From: Blastocystis sp. Blastoise
Lineage: Eukaryota; Protista; Bigyra: Opalinata
Assembly: GCA_039096225.1 (NCBI GenBank)
Contig: JBBPEB010000026.1
Coordinates: 434,001-498,000, forward strand
Length of the DNA: 64,000 nt
Direction: 5' to 3'
Within the stretch, counting starts at the first letter, position 1; the number at the start of each line of letters is the position of its first letter. Below, in pieces: positions 42,832-58,021 of the stretch. The notes under the pieces are model-generated. The model was not told where the DNA came from. It ran no database searches and was given only the letters and a program-made list of their open reading frames with translations. The translations under genes and the position numbers were made by a program.

Positions 42832-44728
42832 ATGGTGAAGGAGAGAATTCTATTTAGTGAAGATCCATTTATGGAGATGGGTGAGTATATCAATGTATGC
42901 AAAGAAATGATGAAAGATGTTCATACTATTATATCATCTGTGCTAGATTTTAGTAATCATTCAGGAAGTTTGATAAATGGTATTATAAGATGTATACAAA
43001 AATATAACGATGAATTGAAGCAAGATACTAACAATTGTTTTTCGATTTCTTGTGATAATTCCAAAAAAAGGTTTCAAAATGATTATAGATATAAACGGAA
43101 ATATGAAGATAATGAAACAGAAGATGAGAATATTGATTTGATTCGTTTTACAAGTAGGGGTCCTGTTTTTTCGTTGTCGAAAAATATAATCAATTCCATT
43201 CCTTATTCATATATATATGAACAATCATCCGACGAACTACGAACTTCTGATGGCACTGTATATCTTGATTACAGAGGGAATGAAGCTTGTGTTTATTATT
43301 TATTAGATTATTTGAATGGAAAACATCTTGATTTTTCTCAGTTTACATATGAAGAACAAATTGATATAATAGAGTTATTTGAATTTTGTGGATTGCCACT
43401 TCCTGAGGAATTGATCTTTATACGTGAAAGAAGGGATACTAAGAAAGTGAAATATAGAGAAGATAATATAGTAGATTTGATAATTAATGGAAATAAAGAT
43501 ACAATAATAAAAGAATATTTAGTAAAGAATGGATTATGGAATACTTATATTATGAATTATAATAATGGATTTGTTGATTTTAATCATATAGACGAGAGTT
43601 TATTTATAAATAAGAAATTCGACTATTTAAAATATCTGATACAATATATAGAAAAGGAGTATATAGTAATAGATGAAGATGAAGTCGTGAATATAAATAA
43701 AGATCGATTAGAGAATGAATTATATGAACTATTTGGTACTAAAGGAAAAGAAGCGACTGATAATGTGATTACTACAAAACCGACTGTATTTAAGAATTCA
43801 AAGATAATTGAAAAGAAATGCTATGAAACACCATTAGTGAAATGGTTAGGGAAAGAAAAACGATGGGTATTATTATTTAGGTATATAAATAGAATATATA
43901 TATATATGCTTATATAAAATATAATTTTTTGTAAAACAATAATGTTTTATTGAAATCTTATTAATTATTTATTATTATAATTATTATATGTATAGAGCAA
44001 GTGAGCATAATTTTTCAAGTAAAGAATTCCATAATTATTGTGATAATCTATTTGAAACAGTTACTTTAATTAAACATAAAAGTTATAATAATGATGGAAT
44101 GAATATATTTGGAGGATATACAGATCAACAATGGACTTATTATGGTGGTATATATATATGTTTATTATTATAATAAGTTATATTAAGGTTATTCAATTAT
44201 TCTTATTATATATTTTATTTTATTATTATAATATAGTATCAATTAATATACTTTTTTTAGTATATTATTTTTTTACTATAATAAATATTATAAATATTAT
44301 AAATATTATAATAAATATTATAAATATTATAAATATTATTATAAATATTAAAAATATTATAAATATTATATATACTAATAATAGAATTATAATTTTTATT
44401 CTATCTAGCTTATAAACCTTATTCAAATGAGTTTCTATTTACTTTAAAGAATGAACATAATATTCCTCCCACTAAATATGACTATATTAATATTGATAGT
44501 TCCTTTGGTATATTATGTTCTTCGCAATGGGGACCTACTTTTGGTAATGGTTATGATATATGTATATCTGATGATTGTCATGAAAATGCAACTTCTTATT
44601 GTAATTCATGCTCTTATTCAACTGTAAATACTCCTCAAAAGAATTCTTTGTTTGTTAATACAGGTAAAGAAAACTCACAAAATCATTTTTTGGTGGAAGA
44701 TTATGAAGTCTGGGGAAGAGATCTATAA
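42832..44728 (+). CDS. TLDc-domain protein with N-terminal BTB/POZ-like region, 3 exons
   Basis: VYLDYRG..YYLLDYLNG..FEFCGL (BTB-like). TLDc: WLGKEKRWVLLF|RASEHNFSSKEFHNYCD..IFGGYT..FLFTLKN..GPTFGNGYDICISD..VEDYEVW. TAA at 44726-44728. Confidence 0.88.
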
Positions 44729-45599
44729 AGATTCTATAATAATAGTATATCAGTTATTACATATTTATTGTTTTTTTATATGTAATGTGATTCTTTTTTG
44801 TGTGTATGTATTTTTTTGATTCTTTTAACATTTTTTTTTATCTCATTTGATAGTATGTATATTGAAATATTTACTGTATATATTTCAACAGAATCTTATG
44901 ATTCCAAAAAAATGTTATTTGTTTGCTTTTAGTTTAAATTATTGAATAATAATGAATCTTGTTTTCTTTGCATACAAAGCTATAATTATAAAGAATATCA
45001 ATTGCTCATATTATATATATAATGCCCTAAATGACCAATATTTTTGTAAATCAATATACTCATAAGATCTGGCATTTCAGTGAATACTAAATCTCTATAG
45101 AAGTTGAACAATTAACACTTATTGAAATGAAATGACTCATAATTCTAACTAAAAGAGTAAATAAATGATAGAAACAAACAAAAAATGACTTGATATTCAA
45201 ATAAAGCACAGTAAATATTTATTTAGACAACTTTCACAATTAACTTATGAAAGCTCTATTTTACGTCCAGAAGATGAATCAATATGATGATTCCACTCTC
45301 AGGATCATCAACCATTATTCATTTTAATTCTTGTTATTCAATTGAATATCAAGATGATTGAATTAATTTTATTTTCGTACATAGATTTGTATAACATATC
45401 TCAGATGCTATGAAAACCCTTAATTATGATGAATACTATTGATTCAATAAAATTTGAGAGTTGTAGATCGAGAATACAGAAATAAATCTGGATATTTGTT
45501 CCGTGGAAAAATATTGTGAACGTTTAATGTATAACAAAATAATCACGGGAGACAGAAGAATGGTCAATTCTTTTTTTCGTTAGACTTTTTTAATTCTAA

Positions 45600-46413
45600 A
45601 TGTCTATATTATTACATTATTGGGATCGCGAAATGAGATCAAAGAATATATTGTTGATCACTACGATGATAGGTCTTATTCTTTATGTAATAATGATAAG
45701 ACAAATATCTATGTTTGAAGATGATGTGACTTTACCTGTGTCTGTTGATCCAAAAATAAGTGACAATAAGCGTTATCATAATAACTTCCATAATAGTCAG
45801 ACTGTAAGTAATATTAGAGGATCTGATACTGTTTCTAAGACTGTTTCTGTTTCTCAGCAAAGATATGATGATGTACCTATGTCTCAAGAAGAAATTGAAG
45901 CTGAATTATTAAGAAAACAAGCCATTGAAGAAGAACAAGATAATATTGACAAGTTACACAAAAGTATATTTTTGTTTTCTTTAATATATAAAAAAAATTA
46001 TTATTATTTTGATATTTTATTTCAGTTATTTTAATAGTAGTGATAATAAAAAGTGTTTTATGTTATTATTTTTAGTATTCTATTATATATATATATATAT
46101 TAATAGTTGTGATAATAAAGTTTTTTTATATTATTATTTTGGTTATTATTATTATTATTTTATATATAGTAACTGCTGAAGAAACAGATGATTCTGAGCA
46201 AGCTTCTGTTCGTTTTGATACTACTAAAAAAGTTGATTCTGATGTTGGTGAAAAAGAAGAAAAAGAGATTGATGCTACTGAAGTTAATGATAATGAAAAT
46301 AATAATGTCAGTAATAATAGTAATAATAATAGTAATGAAGAAGAAGAAGAAGAAGAAAAGAAAGAAGATATAAAGAAAGTTGATAAAGAAGAAAAGAAAG
46401 AAGAGGAAGAAGA

Positions 46414-46446
<33 letters not shown>

Positions 46447-49433
46447 TGAAAATAAAGAAGATGAAAAAGAAAATAAAGATGAAGAAGAAAATAAAGAGGA
46501 AGAAGAAGAAAGAGAAAAGAAAGAAGATGAAAATAAAGAGGAAGAAGAAGAAAAAGAAAAGAAAGAAGATGAAAATAAAGAGGAAGAAGAAGAAAAAGAA
46601 AAGAAAGAAGATGAAAAGAAAGAAGATGAAAAGAAAGAAGAAGATGAAAAGAAAGAAGAAGAAGAAAATAAAGAATCTATTTCTTCTACATCTACAGAGA
46701 CTTCTATTCCAGTTGTATCTCAACCACTTTCAATTATTCCTAGTAAAAAAGTAGTGAATGTTGAAGAAGAGGAAGAAAATGATGACAAGAAACCTATAGG
46801 TCATTCTACTGGCTCTATTCCTTCTGTTATTAATGATATACCTGTTACTACTACTACTACTACTACTACTAATGATGATAATAAAGATATAGATACTTCA
46901 ATGGCTGCTATTGCGAGTGGAAATACAAATGAATCTTTAACTGACACTAAAGAAACACCAGCACTGAAAGAATCTGAAATTGACTTAAATAAGGAATCTT
47001 CTAAGATTTCTAAGGATATATCTACTAGTACTACTACTGATTCTAATGATATTATTATTCCTGGTATTACTATGGATTCTATACATGATAGTACTACTAT
47101 TAATAATAATAATAATAATAATAAAGAAATAATTGATAATAATAAAGAAATAACTGATGATAATAAAGAAATAATTGATAATAATTCTGTTTCTTCAACA
47201 ACCAATCATCTTCGTACTCCTACTGAATCTAAAGTAACTCCTTCTGAATCTAAAGTAACTCCTGATATTATAACTACTATCGACAATACGCTTGCTTCTC
47301 CCATTATTATTTCTGTTGCTGCTAATAGTACATTGTCTAGTACTTCTACTACTTCAGAAATACCTATAGAAGGAGAAGATCAAGTAGAAAATATAATTAA
47401 AACTGATATAAATACAATTAGTAAGGATGATGTTGCTAATAGTCCGTCGTTACATACTCATATTGAAGAAAGAACCATCGAATTTGATAAACCAGATTGG
47501 TATATATATTTATATTATCATTATATTTATTATATATTATATTAATTATTATTATTATATTTATTATGTTTATTATTATATTCATTATTATTATTATATT
47601 TATTATGTTTATTTTATATTATTATGTTTATTATTATATTTATATATTATTATATAGGGAAGAATCATATACACGACAACTGAAAGAAATTTATTATAAT
47701 TATGATCCAAAGTATATATATATATATATATTATTATAATATATAGAGCTCCTAATAAATGGACAGATATGTGGAAAGAGTATGTTTATTATATTCATTA
47801 TTATTATCTCTATTCTTATATATATATATATATTTTTATATAGTGATCGTATATCTCATATTTATTTTGATAAATTCTTTGCGTACGTAACAAATGTTTG
47901 CTATGATAATCGTCAAAGACGTATATTAATGTTTGAAGAACAAAAAGGAGATATTGAAAAAGCTATGGCGAAACATAAAATCAGAGATTTCTATTGTATA
48001 TATATATATAGATTTATTATAATTATTGTTAATATCTATCATTTATTATTAATTTGATTTTTTTAAAAGTTTATATATATATATACATATTTATTTATTA
48101 TAAATCTTTATATATAAATATAGTTAATCAATTTATTGCTACTGTTGGTCCTATGCCTGAAAGATATATAATGGAAGATGACATGGGTTGGTATCTTGCT
48201 CATCCTCGTCAACCCCGCCAAACATATCATTTCTTAGAAGGGGTCACTTATTATTTAGATATTGCTTTATCACCTAAATCACATCCTCCGGTATATACAC
48301 TATACTAAAATATAATATACTATAATATAATATAATATAATATAATATAATTAATATAATATACTATATATAGATCTCCAAGATGTTTATTGTTGATTTT
48401 AATCCAGATCGTGATTTCGCGTGGAGTAAATTAGTAGGTCGTTTTATTCATAATATATTCCCTGATGAATATAGACCTGAATATCTTGATAATAGTAATA
48501 TTGGTGTATATTTACATGAAAAGAGAGTCTGTGCTAAAGGAATGGTATATATATATAATTATAATAATAATTATAAATATTTATTATATATACATTATAT
48601 ATCTATCATTATAAAATAAATTTATGTGTATATTATATATTTAAGATTATACAATTTATTATAAAATAAATATAATATTATATATATATATAGACCTTTA
48701 TTCGTAATTGGGATGTAGGTCGTGGTGGTTATTTAATATCTTATCCTTTTGCTGTCGATGCCTTAAGAGTTCAAACTTATAAACATATACATGTCACTTT
48801 TAACAGACATAACCCTGACCAATTGACTTTATTAATATTATTACGTCGTAATAAACGAAGAATTATTAATGAACCTCAATTCTTAATAGATATTACCAAT
48901 AATACTCATAATCAAGTATCTATATATATATAATTATTATTATTATACTTATATTTTTAAAACAATTTTATAATATTTTTTCTTCCTAATACTATAGATT
49001 ATATACAATTAATATATATATATAGTATATAATAACACAAATAGTATTTGATAAAAAGACTGCTGAAGAGCAGATGAGAGCGATGTCGAACAGTGATATA
49101 GTTTTAACACCACATGGTGCAGGTCTTGCTAATATATATTTCTTATTACCTTATTCTGCTGTTATTGAATTGATGCCTCCAATGTGGAAATTTGGTTGTT
49201 ATTTAAGACAAGCTAATTCTGCACAAGTATATCATCAGTTTGTATTTGCTAAAGGGAATAAAGTGGGTAAAGAATGTGAATTATATGGTATGAAAGATAG
49301 ACGTTGTCAATTTGCGGGTATTCGTGATCAAGATTTTATTGCTTATTCACCTGATTCTTTAGCTGCTTTAAATAAAGCTAGAGATTATGTCTATTCACAT
49401 AAATATCATATGTCTTCTCCTGCATCGAAATAA
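45600..49433 (+). CDS. Type-II membrane glycosyltransferase family 61-like protein with a long acidic/Lys-Glu and Ser/Thr-rich stalk
   Basis: N-terminal TM (ILLITTMIGLILYVIMI), TNVCYD, RRNKRRIINE, and the GT61 signature DIVLTPHGAGLANIYFLLPYSAVIELMP. About 9 exons. Confidence 0.85.
46336..46675 (+). repeat. Coding purine-rich Lys/Glu/Asp repeat with 39-bp units (EKKEDENKEEEEE)
   Basis: In-frame tandem units within the GT61 stalk. Confidence 0.85.
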
Positions 49434-50107
49434 TTCCTTTATTATATATATATATATATAGGAGTATTAATCATATTATCTATTTTTATAATACTTTTCT
49501 TATTAGTGTAACTTTTCATTTTATATTTATTATATATATAATACTTTAATATTCTTATTATTATCTTTTATATCTTTATTTTTATTACAAACAAATACAT
49601 TATCATTTCGAATTGTTATACTACATACATTTATTATTTGTTTTTATTATCTTTTTTTTCTATGTTTAATGAATTGTTTTGCTTCCTCTATTTTCAATAG
49701 AAAGATACAAAGAAATCTTAAACAAAATGAAATTAATATAAAATAGAATATAGTACTATAATATAGAAATTATAATTTTTAAGTGACTAAAAATATAGAA
49801 AAAAACTCTTACAACAATGATTTGCTTTAACATTCCATTTTTTCGTGATTATTCTGAATCACTCATTCCTAAATTTCTATAAAAACCACGGGAAATCATT
49901 TTTTGAATAATTTCCAAGATTTTTCTGTCTATTTTTAGCTTGAAATTAAAAAACTAGATTTTTGCAATCTTTAGATTATCCGCGGTTATTTAAAAACATT
50001 AACTGCGAAATGTCAAAAGAGTTATTTCAATGAAATATATATCTTTAGTATATATTGTGTCTATATAGATATCTTGATTTTGAAATATACCTGAAAAGTT
50101 GCCATTC

Positions 50108-53100
50108 ATGAGTGCAGATGAAAACAGTTCTTCTCTAGGTTCAGATACAAAAGTCAAATCGTATCAGATAACAAAGAACGTAATAATAAATCATGACATC
50201 TTGCGAGATGGCTATATCCCTGAATTCGGAAAAGAAGCTGCGAGAACCAGACCATTAATATTATATATTTTTGATAATCTTTTTCCAAATTTCGAATATA
50301 AAGAAATTAAATCAGGTAGCAAAGAACATACGACACCGAAAATTAGAAATGTATGATAAAAAATAATATATAAGATTAAATTTGTTTTTGTTGTACTTAT
50401 TAGCATTTTCGATTTATATATATATTATATTTAGGATAAAGCGAAATATTTAATTGCTTTAGTACAAGAAAAAATAATAAACAATGGATTTATCGAAGGA
50501 AGCTGGAAAACAACAAAGGAATGGCTAACAATAGAATATGCAAAATATAAACATGCTGAAAAACAAGTTTGTCAGACTAATTTTATGTCTATTAAGTATA
50601 TATTATTTATATATATATTAAATATATATATATATTTTAAAAATTTTATATAGTAATGTACATTTTACTGAAAAAGAGATAAAAATTTGGCTATTTATAT
50701 ATATGTCTGGATATGAAATCACTGATATAGCACGAGTATATATATAATAATAATAATTATTATTATTATTATTATTATTAATAATTTATTATATATAGAT
50801 TCTAGGTATGGGAAAAGATTATTCTGGAAATTATGGTAAAAAAATAACAAAAATATATGTATATATATTTTTTTAGTTTTTTAAAATTTTCTTTTAATAT
50901 TTTTTATTTATTTTAACTTTATTTATTAAACAAAACATAATTTATAATTATAAATAATAATATAATATAGCCTGAATATACAAACAGAAGACTTGAAGCT
51001 ATACCAGTGCCAGAAGATAAAAAAAAGAAAAAAACATGGGTGTTTAATAAAATTCTTAATGCAGAAATTGAAAGCCTCAACTTAGAGTTACCTGATATTC
51101 AATTACCTGAAGAAGACATTCCTTCTTTTGATAAAGGATGTGATAATATTTTTGAATATTATTATAATCATTATGCACATCTATATAATCCAATATATGA
51201 AAAGTATGGAATAATATCTAATACAAATGGTACTATAAATAGTACTCAACAACAAAATGACTCTAAAAGTGTGTCTTCAAACGATTCTATAATTCCAGAG
51301 AGTTCTTCTTTTAGTCAAGATAATCTCAATAGCCAAAATCAATCTAATACTTCATCTACTATAAATCATGTCGATCCGAATAATCATTCCAATCCTTTAA
51401 GTTTTCAAAATCAATTCAATTCTCCTAATACTTCCAATTCTCAGAATCAATCAAATACCATAAATTCCCAAAATTGGCCTAATATTTCTACTACATCTAC
51501 TTATTCTAGTACAGTTAATACTCCATATACCTCCAATTTCACCAATCCTTCTACTATCTCCAATGCTATTGATACTTCTCATACATATAATACCATTAGT
51601 CCCCAAGGTAATACTGTTTTATCACCTTATTTACCTGAGCAACAAGGAATACCTGATATATCAAATATACAAAATATACCAATGAATATAAATACACAAT
51701 TTAAATCGAAAGCAAGAGATGAATTTGCTATACCCTATCAAATGAATGTAAATAATCAATATCCTTCTATAGCTCTCCCACAACAACAGTCTCAACAATA
51801 TTCTTTCCAATATTCTCAACAGAATACCCAACATACAAATCAATTAAATAATATAACAAATTCAACTATTTATTCTTTATCTAATTCTTGTATTCCTCAA
51901 AATAATGGAAATAATGGTATATCTTCATTTCCTCCTTCTTATTCTCAAGGTGTCATTTATAATAGTGATGAGCCTAATTCAACTTCAATGTATATGAATA
52001 ATGAGACTGAAATACAGAATACATTAGTTAGTCCTACTATAGTTAATAGTGATATGGACTCACAAATAGCACAGGATTGTTTGCCATCAGGAGTTAATGG
52101 AAATATCTTTAATGAATTTACAGATAATTATCCTGGTAATAATGAAACAAATAATACTATTTATCCTATTACTACTATTAATAATAATAATAATATTATT
52201 ATAGATCAAAAATTATCAAGTATAAATCATAGTCCACAGAATGATCAAGGTACTTTATATTCAATTTTTAATACCCATGAAACTGGTTCTAATAATCCAA
52301 CAGATACTTGGACTGATGAAAATGAATTTGAATTCTATAGTGTAGGTATGAGTAGTAATCCATCACAAAGAATATATACTATGAGTAATGATCCAGACTC
52401 TGAACCATATCCTTGTAGTGCACAAGATTTAACAAAAAATAATAAATCACAGAACAATAATGAACAGAGTCAATATGATCCAAATTCGATTTCTGCTAGG
52501 ATTCTATCTGGTCCTATTCAAAGTTCAGATGTCACTGCAGGCAATGAAGCTATTTCACAAAGATCATATTTGCACGAATATGATAGTACTGACATGAATA
52601 ATCGTAATTATAAACCTACGTTTTCGTGGACTAGTGATACATATAATGAAAATAGTATGAGCCATTCTAATGCTTTATCTTCTATGTCAAATATATTCCC
52701 TCCTATGTATATTAATCTTTCTTCTCCCTCTAGTGATCAACCTGTAAATGGTAATAATAATAATAATGCTTTAATTGATAATAATAATATTAATAATGGT
52801 TTCTCTAGTATTAATAATAATAATAATAATATGAATATTACGAATAATCTGAATATAATGACTACAATGAGTAATAATAATAATGGTAATAATAATTTTC
52901 GTGCTCTTCAATTATTGCCTCAAGTGAGAAATACTACTGATTCATATCCGTCCGCATATTCAAATAATTCTCCGTCTACCAATTTAATGTCTGTTGAGCA
53001 ACTGCAGACACATGATTTTTTAAATACAAATATTAATGCTAATAACACTTATACTCCTGACTGTTTCTACAATACATTCAACTTTGAAGAACAAGATTCT

Positions 53101-53118
53101 CATAGATATCAGGTATAA
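50108..53118 (+). CDS. Putative transcription regulator: N-terminal HTH/Myb-like region plus about 650-aa N/S/Q-rich tail, 5 exons
   Basis: Spliced ..NVHFTEKEIKIWLFIYMSGYEITDIAR|ILG resembles both Myb/SANT and LuxR/sigma70-r4 HTH. The last exon (50971-53118) is low complexity. The gene itself is clear; the function is tentative. Confidence 0.55.
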
Positions 53119-54920
53119 TATAAAAACTCAATTAACTAATAACAATATATATGTATTTATCTATAATTTGTAGTTTTTCTCATTTTATTTTTAATCTTGT
53201 CATTATTTTATCTTAGATATATTTTTTTTTGTATTTTCTTATTTTTGATTATGATTTATTATATTGTTATTATTCTTCTTTTAGCTAACTCTTGTTTTAT
53301 TTTCTGTATAATGAATTTAAATTGTATTTACATATATTCTATATTTATGTTTAATTAACCGTAAAAATTCTCTTCTTTCTCTCTCTCTCTATATATATAT
53401 TTTCTTGTTTTTATAATAATTGTAAAGAATAATAATTTAAAGATACGTATTCATTCCTTAATATTATGGTTTTCCTATATGAATTATTTCTATATAGCTT
53501 TGTTTTGTTATATATCATTTAAATATTTTTATTATATATAATATCGCATACTCTAAATAAACAATTTATGTAATTATGAATCATTATATTTTCACTACAA
53601 TATGAAGATAATATAGAATTAATCTATAAATAAATGAAAATTACATAGCATTTTGTATTATTAGTTTCAATAATAAAACGCAGTATCTATTCTATTGAAC
53701 TATATATATCGAATAGATAATATAATTTGCTAAAAGAAGAATTGCTATATATACATGGATAAAAAAATCTATATTCTTCATGATAACTTTGATTCTATTC
53801 TTTTCATTAAAAAATATATATATCCTTTTGTTGCTTCTTAGAAAAACGAATAATATTTAATATTTTTATTTGAATTATTTACAAGTCATTTTTTAATATT
53901 TATTTAATTTATACACAAAAATATAAATAATCAGTCTTTTCTTAAAAACCTGTTATTGTTTAACAAGATATATTATTATCTATATATATTTTCTGTTTGG
54001 TTTATACTAAGTTGCTTATACTTTTTTATAAATAAATATTATTTAAAACTATTCAAAGTGATATTAATATATATTAAACATTTGGTAAAAATAAAAAGTA
54101 TTAAATAATAGAAAACATTTCTAAGAATTATTTGATTATATATATATCATGATTTAATTATTATGCTAAAAATATATCTATTTTGTTTCTATTCCAAAAA
54201 ATATGGTCTATCATATTTAATGAATCTTATATTCCTAAAAAGAAAAAACACACATTTCTTATGATTGATCACCAAAAAGAAAGTCTAAGTTACATAAATT
54301 CATTAATAAGTTATGTAAATAAATATTCAATGTAAAACGTGAATAATTAATGAAATATAACTTGTAAATCTAAGAAAAAAACACATTTATGACTTTTCTT
54401 ATTCTATACACAATTATTTTTGTTTATAAATTATTGGTCAAGTACATGAAGCATAATTATGTATGAGATACTGAACTCTATATGATTTCAACAAAATAAT
54501 ATATATTGTTTTTATATCACCACTTGATAACACATATTCATGCCTCTTGATTATACCTACTGAATCAAGCATACAAATTAGGATAGATAAAGAAACATTA
54601 GACACCGAAAAAAACAGTATAATAATCAATTGCTATATATTATTAATATTATTTTCGATACATTAGAAGAAACTTGATCGTTAATTTATAAACACAAACC
54701 TTTAAACAACTATAGTTTTTTATTAAAGAGAACAGATGAATCAAAGTAAATGAAATAGTATTCATGAATTTATTGAAATTTCTGCACATTTAAATATATT
54801 ATTTATGGGAATAATTTGAAGAGATAGTGGTTGGTTGTTTTTCATAATTACTTTTTATATATATTTCCTCTCAATTTACAAAGTAAATAAGTTCAGACAT
54901 GTAAAAATTATAATGTATAG

Positions 54921-55649
54921 ATGCCTTATAGTAGAAGAAACTTAAAAAACAAAAAGCCTATGATCATTAAGAAGAAGCAGAAGAGTGGCTTGAAGCTGAA
55001 AACTAAAGTTGGTGGTGGTAAACAAATAAAAAAAATTTGGAATCAAAAGAAAAGTGCTAGACAAAACTATGCCAAACTTGGTCTTATTTTAGATGCTAAT
55101 CATCCTGAAACATCAAAGAAAGTTAGTGTTCCATTATATGGTATATATATGTAATCTTTTTATTCATTGTTTTTTTTAAATATTAAATACTTTTAATTAT
55201 TCTATATATATATATATATAATAGAGATTCCTAGTCTTGAAGAAGCTGGTCCTAAAAGAGGAAAGAATTGGATGACTCGTGATGATAGAAAATATATAAA
55301 AGCTCTTATCGATAAATATGATACTGATTATACTAAAATGTTTAGAGATATCAAATTGAATTATAAACAATTAACAGCTACAAAACTAGAAAATATGCAT
55401 AATAAATATAATTTATGTATAGTTGAAGAAAAAGAATATTGGGATAGAATACATACTAAAGTTGCTGAAGATCGTGCGAATCGTTTAGCTAAGAAACAGA
55501 TGAAACTTTCTGAATCATCTGAAAATAAAAAAGAAGAAGATGATGATGTAGATGATGATGATGATGATGAAATGGATTTAGGTTCTATGGATGATATGGA
55601 TGATGATATAGATGATGATGATGATGAAGAATTACTTGATGATGAATAA
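54921..55649 (+). CDS. NOP16: Nucleolar protein 16 (60S biogenesis), 2 exons
   Basis: IKKIWNQKKSARQNYAKLGL and YIKALIDKYDTDYTKMFRDIKLNYKQLT. Intron about 55142-55224. Confidence 0.92.
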
Positions 55650-56320
55650 ATGTTATGTATTACTGAATTATTTCATTTTCCTGTTTATTATATGCTATAT
55701 TTTTCATTTTTCTATTGTTAACAGAATTATTTTATATATATGTATATGATTTTTGTTTGTTTGTTCATTTTTCTTATTTGTTTGATATGTATATTAATAT
55801 TAATTAAATATATATATTTTTTGTTTTGTATATAATGTATTGGTTCAATTATAGAATTTAAAAAATGATAAAATACTTTTTATAAACAAAATACAACATA
55901 TAGATATGAACAAGAACAAGAAATAATTACATATTATTATTATATAAATTGATTAGTATATATAATATATATATTAAAAGTTTTTATGAATAATAATATG
56001 TAAATAAAACACTTTCAAATAAAGAGAGAATAAAAATATTTATTTTTAATAAATAGAAGAAAATTAATAAATAATAAACATTATATGTATATACGATATA
56101 AAAAGAAGAAAAAGTATTAAGTCTCACAAACAATTATATATAATTTTAATGAGACCTAAATATAAAAAATGAAAAATATAGTTATAAATTAAAAATAAAA
56201 AGTAGAAAAAACAAAAATAATAAAAATTGAAACAAAAAAAAAATGAAAAACAAAAAAAGAGACTTGAATATAAAATGAAAAATAAAAAAAGAAGAATAAA
56301 AATATAAATATATATATATA

Positions 56321-57529
56321 TTATAACGGTGTTGAATCTAGAATATGAAAATTGCTAGAATTATGATAATAACTACTATTATTATTAAAATGAAAACTAG
56401 ATGACGAACTACTTATATCTCCATCTCCATCACTTTCTGTATAACTCTCCATATTCCCGTGGTTATTTTCAATATCTAATGGAGAATAAAATGATATATC
56501 ACCTTTAGGAGCAGGAAAATGCTATATAGTATTATGTGATATATATATTATTTTGTTATATATAGTATTATATGATAAAAATATATTTATGTTATATATA
56601 TTATTATTATGTTATGAATATTAAAAATATAATAATATTAATATGATTTTAATAAACATAAAAATATCTATATAGAATAAATTAACTATATATATATACT
56701 TTATCCAGTACATTTTTAATAAATCGATCTCTGTACAGAATGGGGGATACGCACGAAACGCCAACTTTATCTTTATGTAATAAACGAGTCTTTGCAAAAT
56801 ATTCACATTTCTTTTTTAAATTATATTCTTGGAAAATATCAATAATCCCAATAAAATAACGAGATTCCCGTGATTTTGATAAGAAGGACTAGAATGAGAT
56901 AGATTATAATAAACGATATCAATAAGAATAGGAATGGTTAGAGTATTATATATATGTAAATACAGTTTCATTTTTACAAAAAATATGTTTATCTTCTTCC
57001 TCTGAAAGTATTGAATTCCCGCGGTTATTTGACGAAATTGGAAGAGCTGTAAAAGAATCGAGTTCAATTGATACAGCATCGGATCCTTCTTTTGCATTTG
57101 ACGGATTCCCGCGGTTATTCTCATCTTCAGAAAGAAGAGATGTATATAAATCATTTTTCTTCTTCTTTCTATAAATAATAATATTTATTTGCAATATATA
57201 AATATATACATTGGTTGCTTGGAAAAGAATTTTGGTAAGGAACTATATATACATATATATTAATAATAATAATACATAGATTATATACAATTGAAAAAAT
57301 GGTTTATGACTTATTGCAGCGCTATCCCCGCGGTTATTTGCTTGCGAGGTTTGATAAGTCATCCATACTTTTCGAAGAAAATCATCTTTATGAGAATATG
57401 AATATATACCTATATATTATTATTATTATTATTATTATTAGTGTTATTATTATTATTATTATATATATATATACCAACAAGGAGTGAATAATCCATAATC
57501 TCATGTGACATTAAAAAGATGGTCTATAT

Positions 57530-57593
<64 letters not shown>

Positions 57594-57673
57594 TTATACA
57601 TCTTGTTCAATTTGTTTATACATATATAAAACATCTTCTTCATCGATATCTATATATTGATCCATATCTTGAT

Positions 57674-57722
<49 letters not shown>

Positions 57723-57786
57723 TTTATAAGTAACATCAGGAACATGCTTATTTAAAGGAGAAAAAGAACAATCTAATGGCTGATCA

Positions 57787-57838
<52 letters not shown>

Positions 57839-57911
57839 TAAATTCTTGATCACAATAAATACATAAATATGAAGTGGATTTCAACGATGCTTTTCTATCT
57901 ACATAACTACC

Positions 57912-57985
<74 letters not shown>

Positions 57986-58021
57986 TTTTAAATCATATTT
58001 CTCTGGAACTAACGTTATGCC

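Noticed and set aside
53119-54920. Intergenic ORF 54438-54629 and possible ncRNA
   Set aside because: No compositional, splice or structural support visible.
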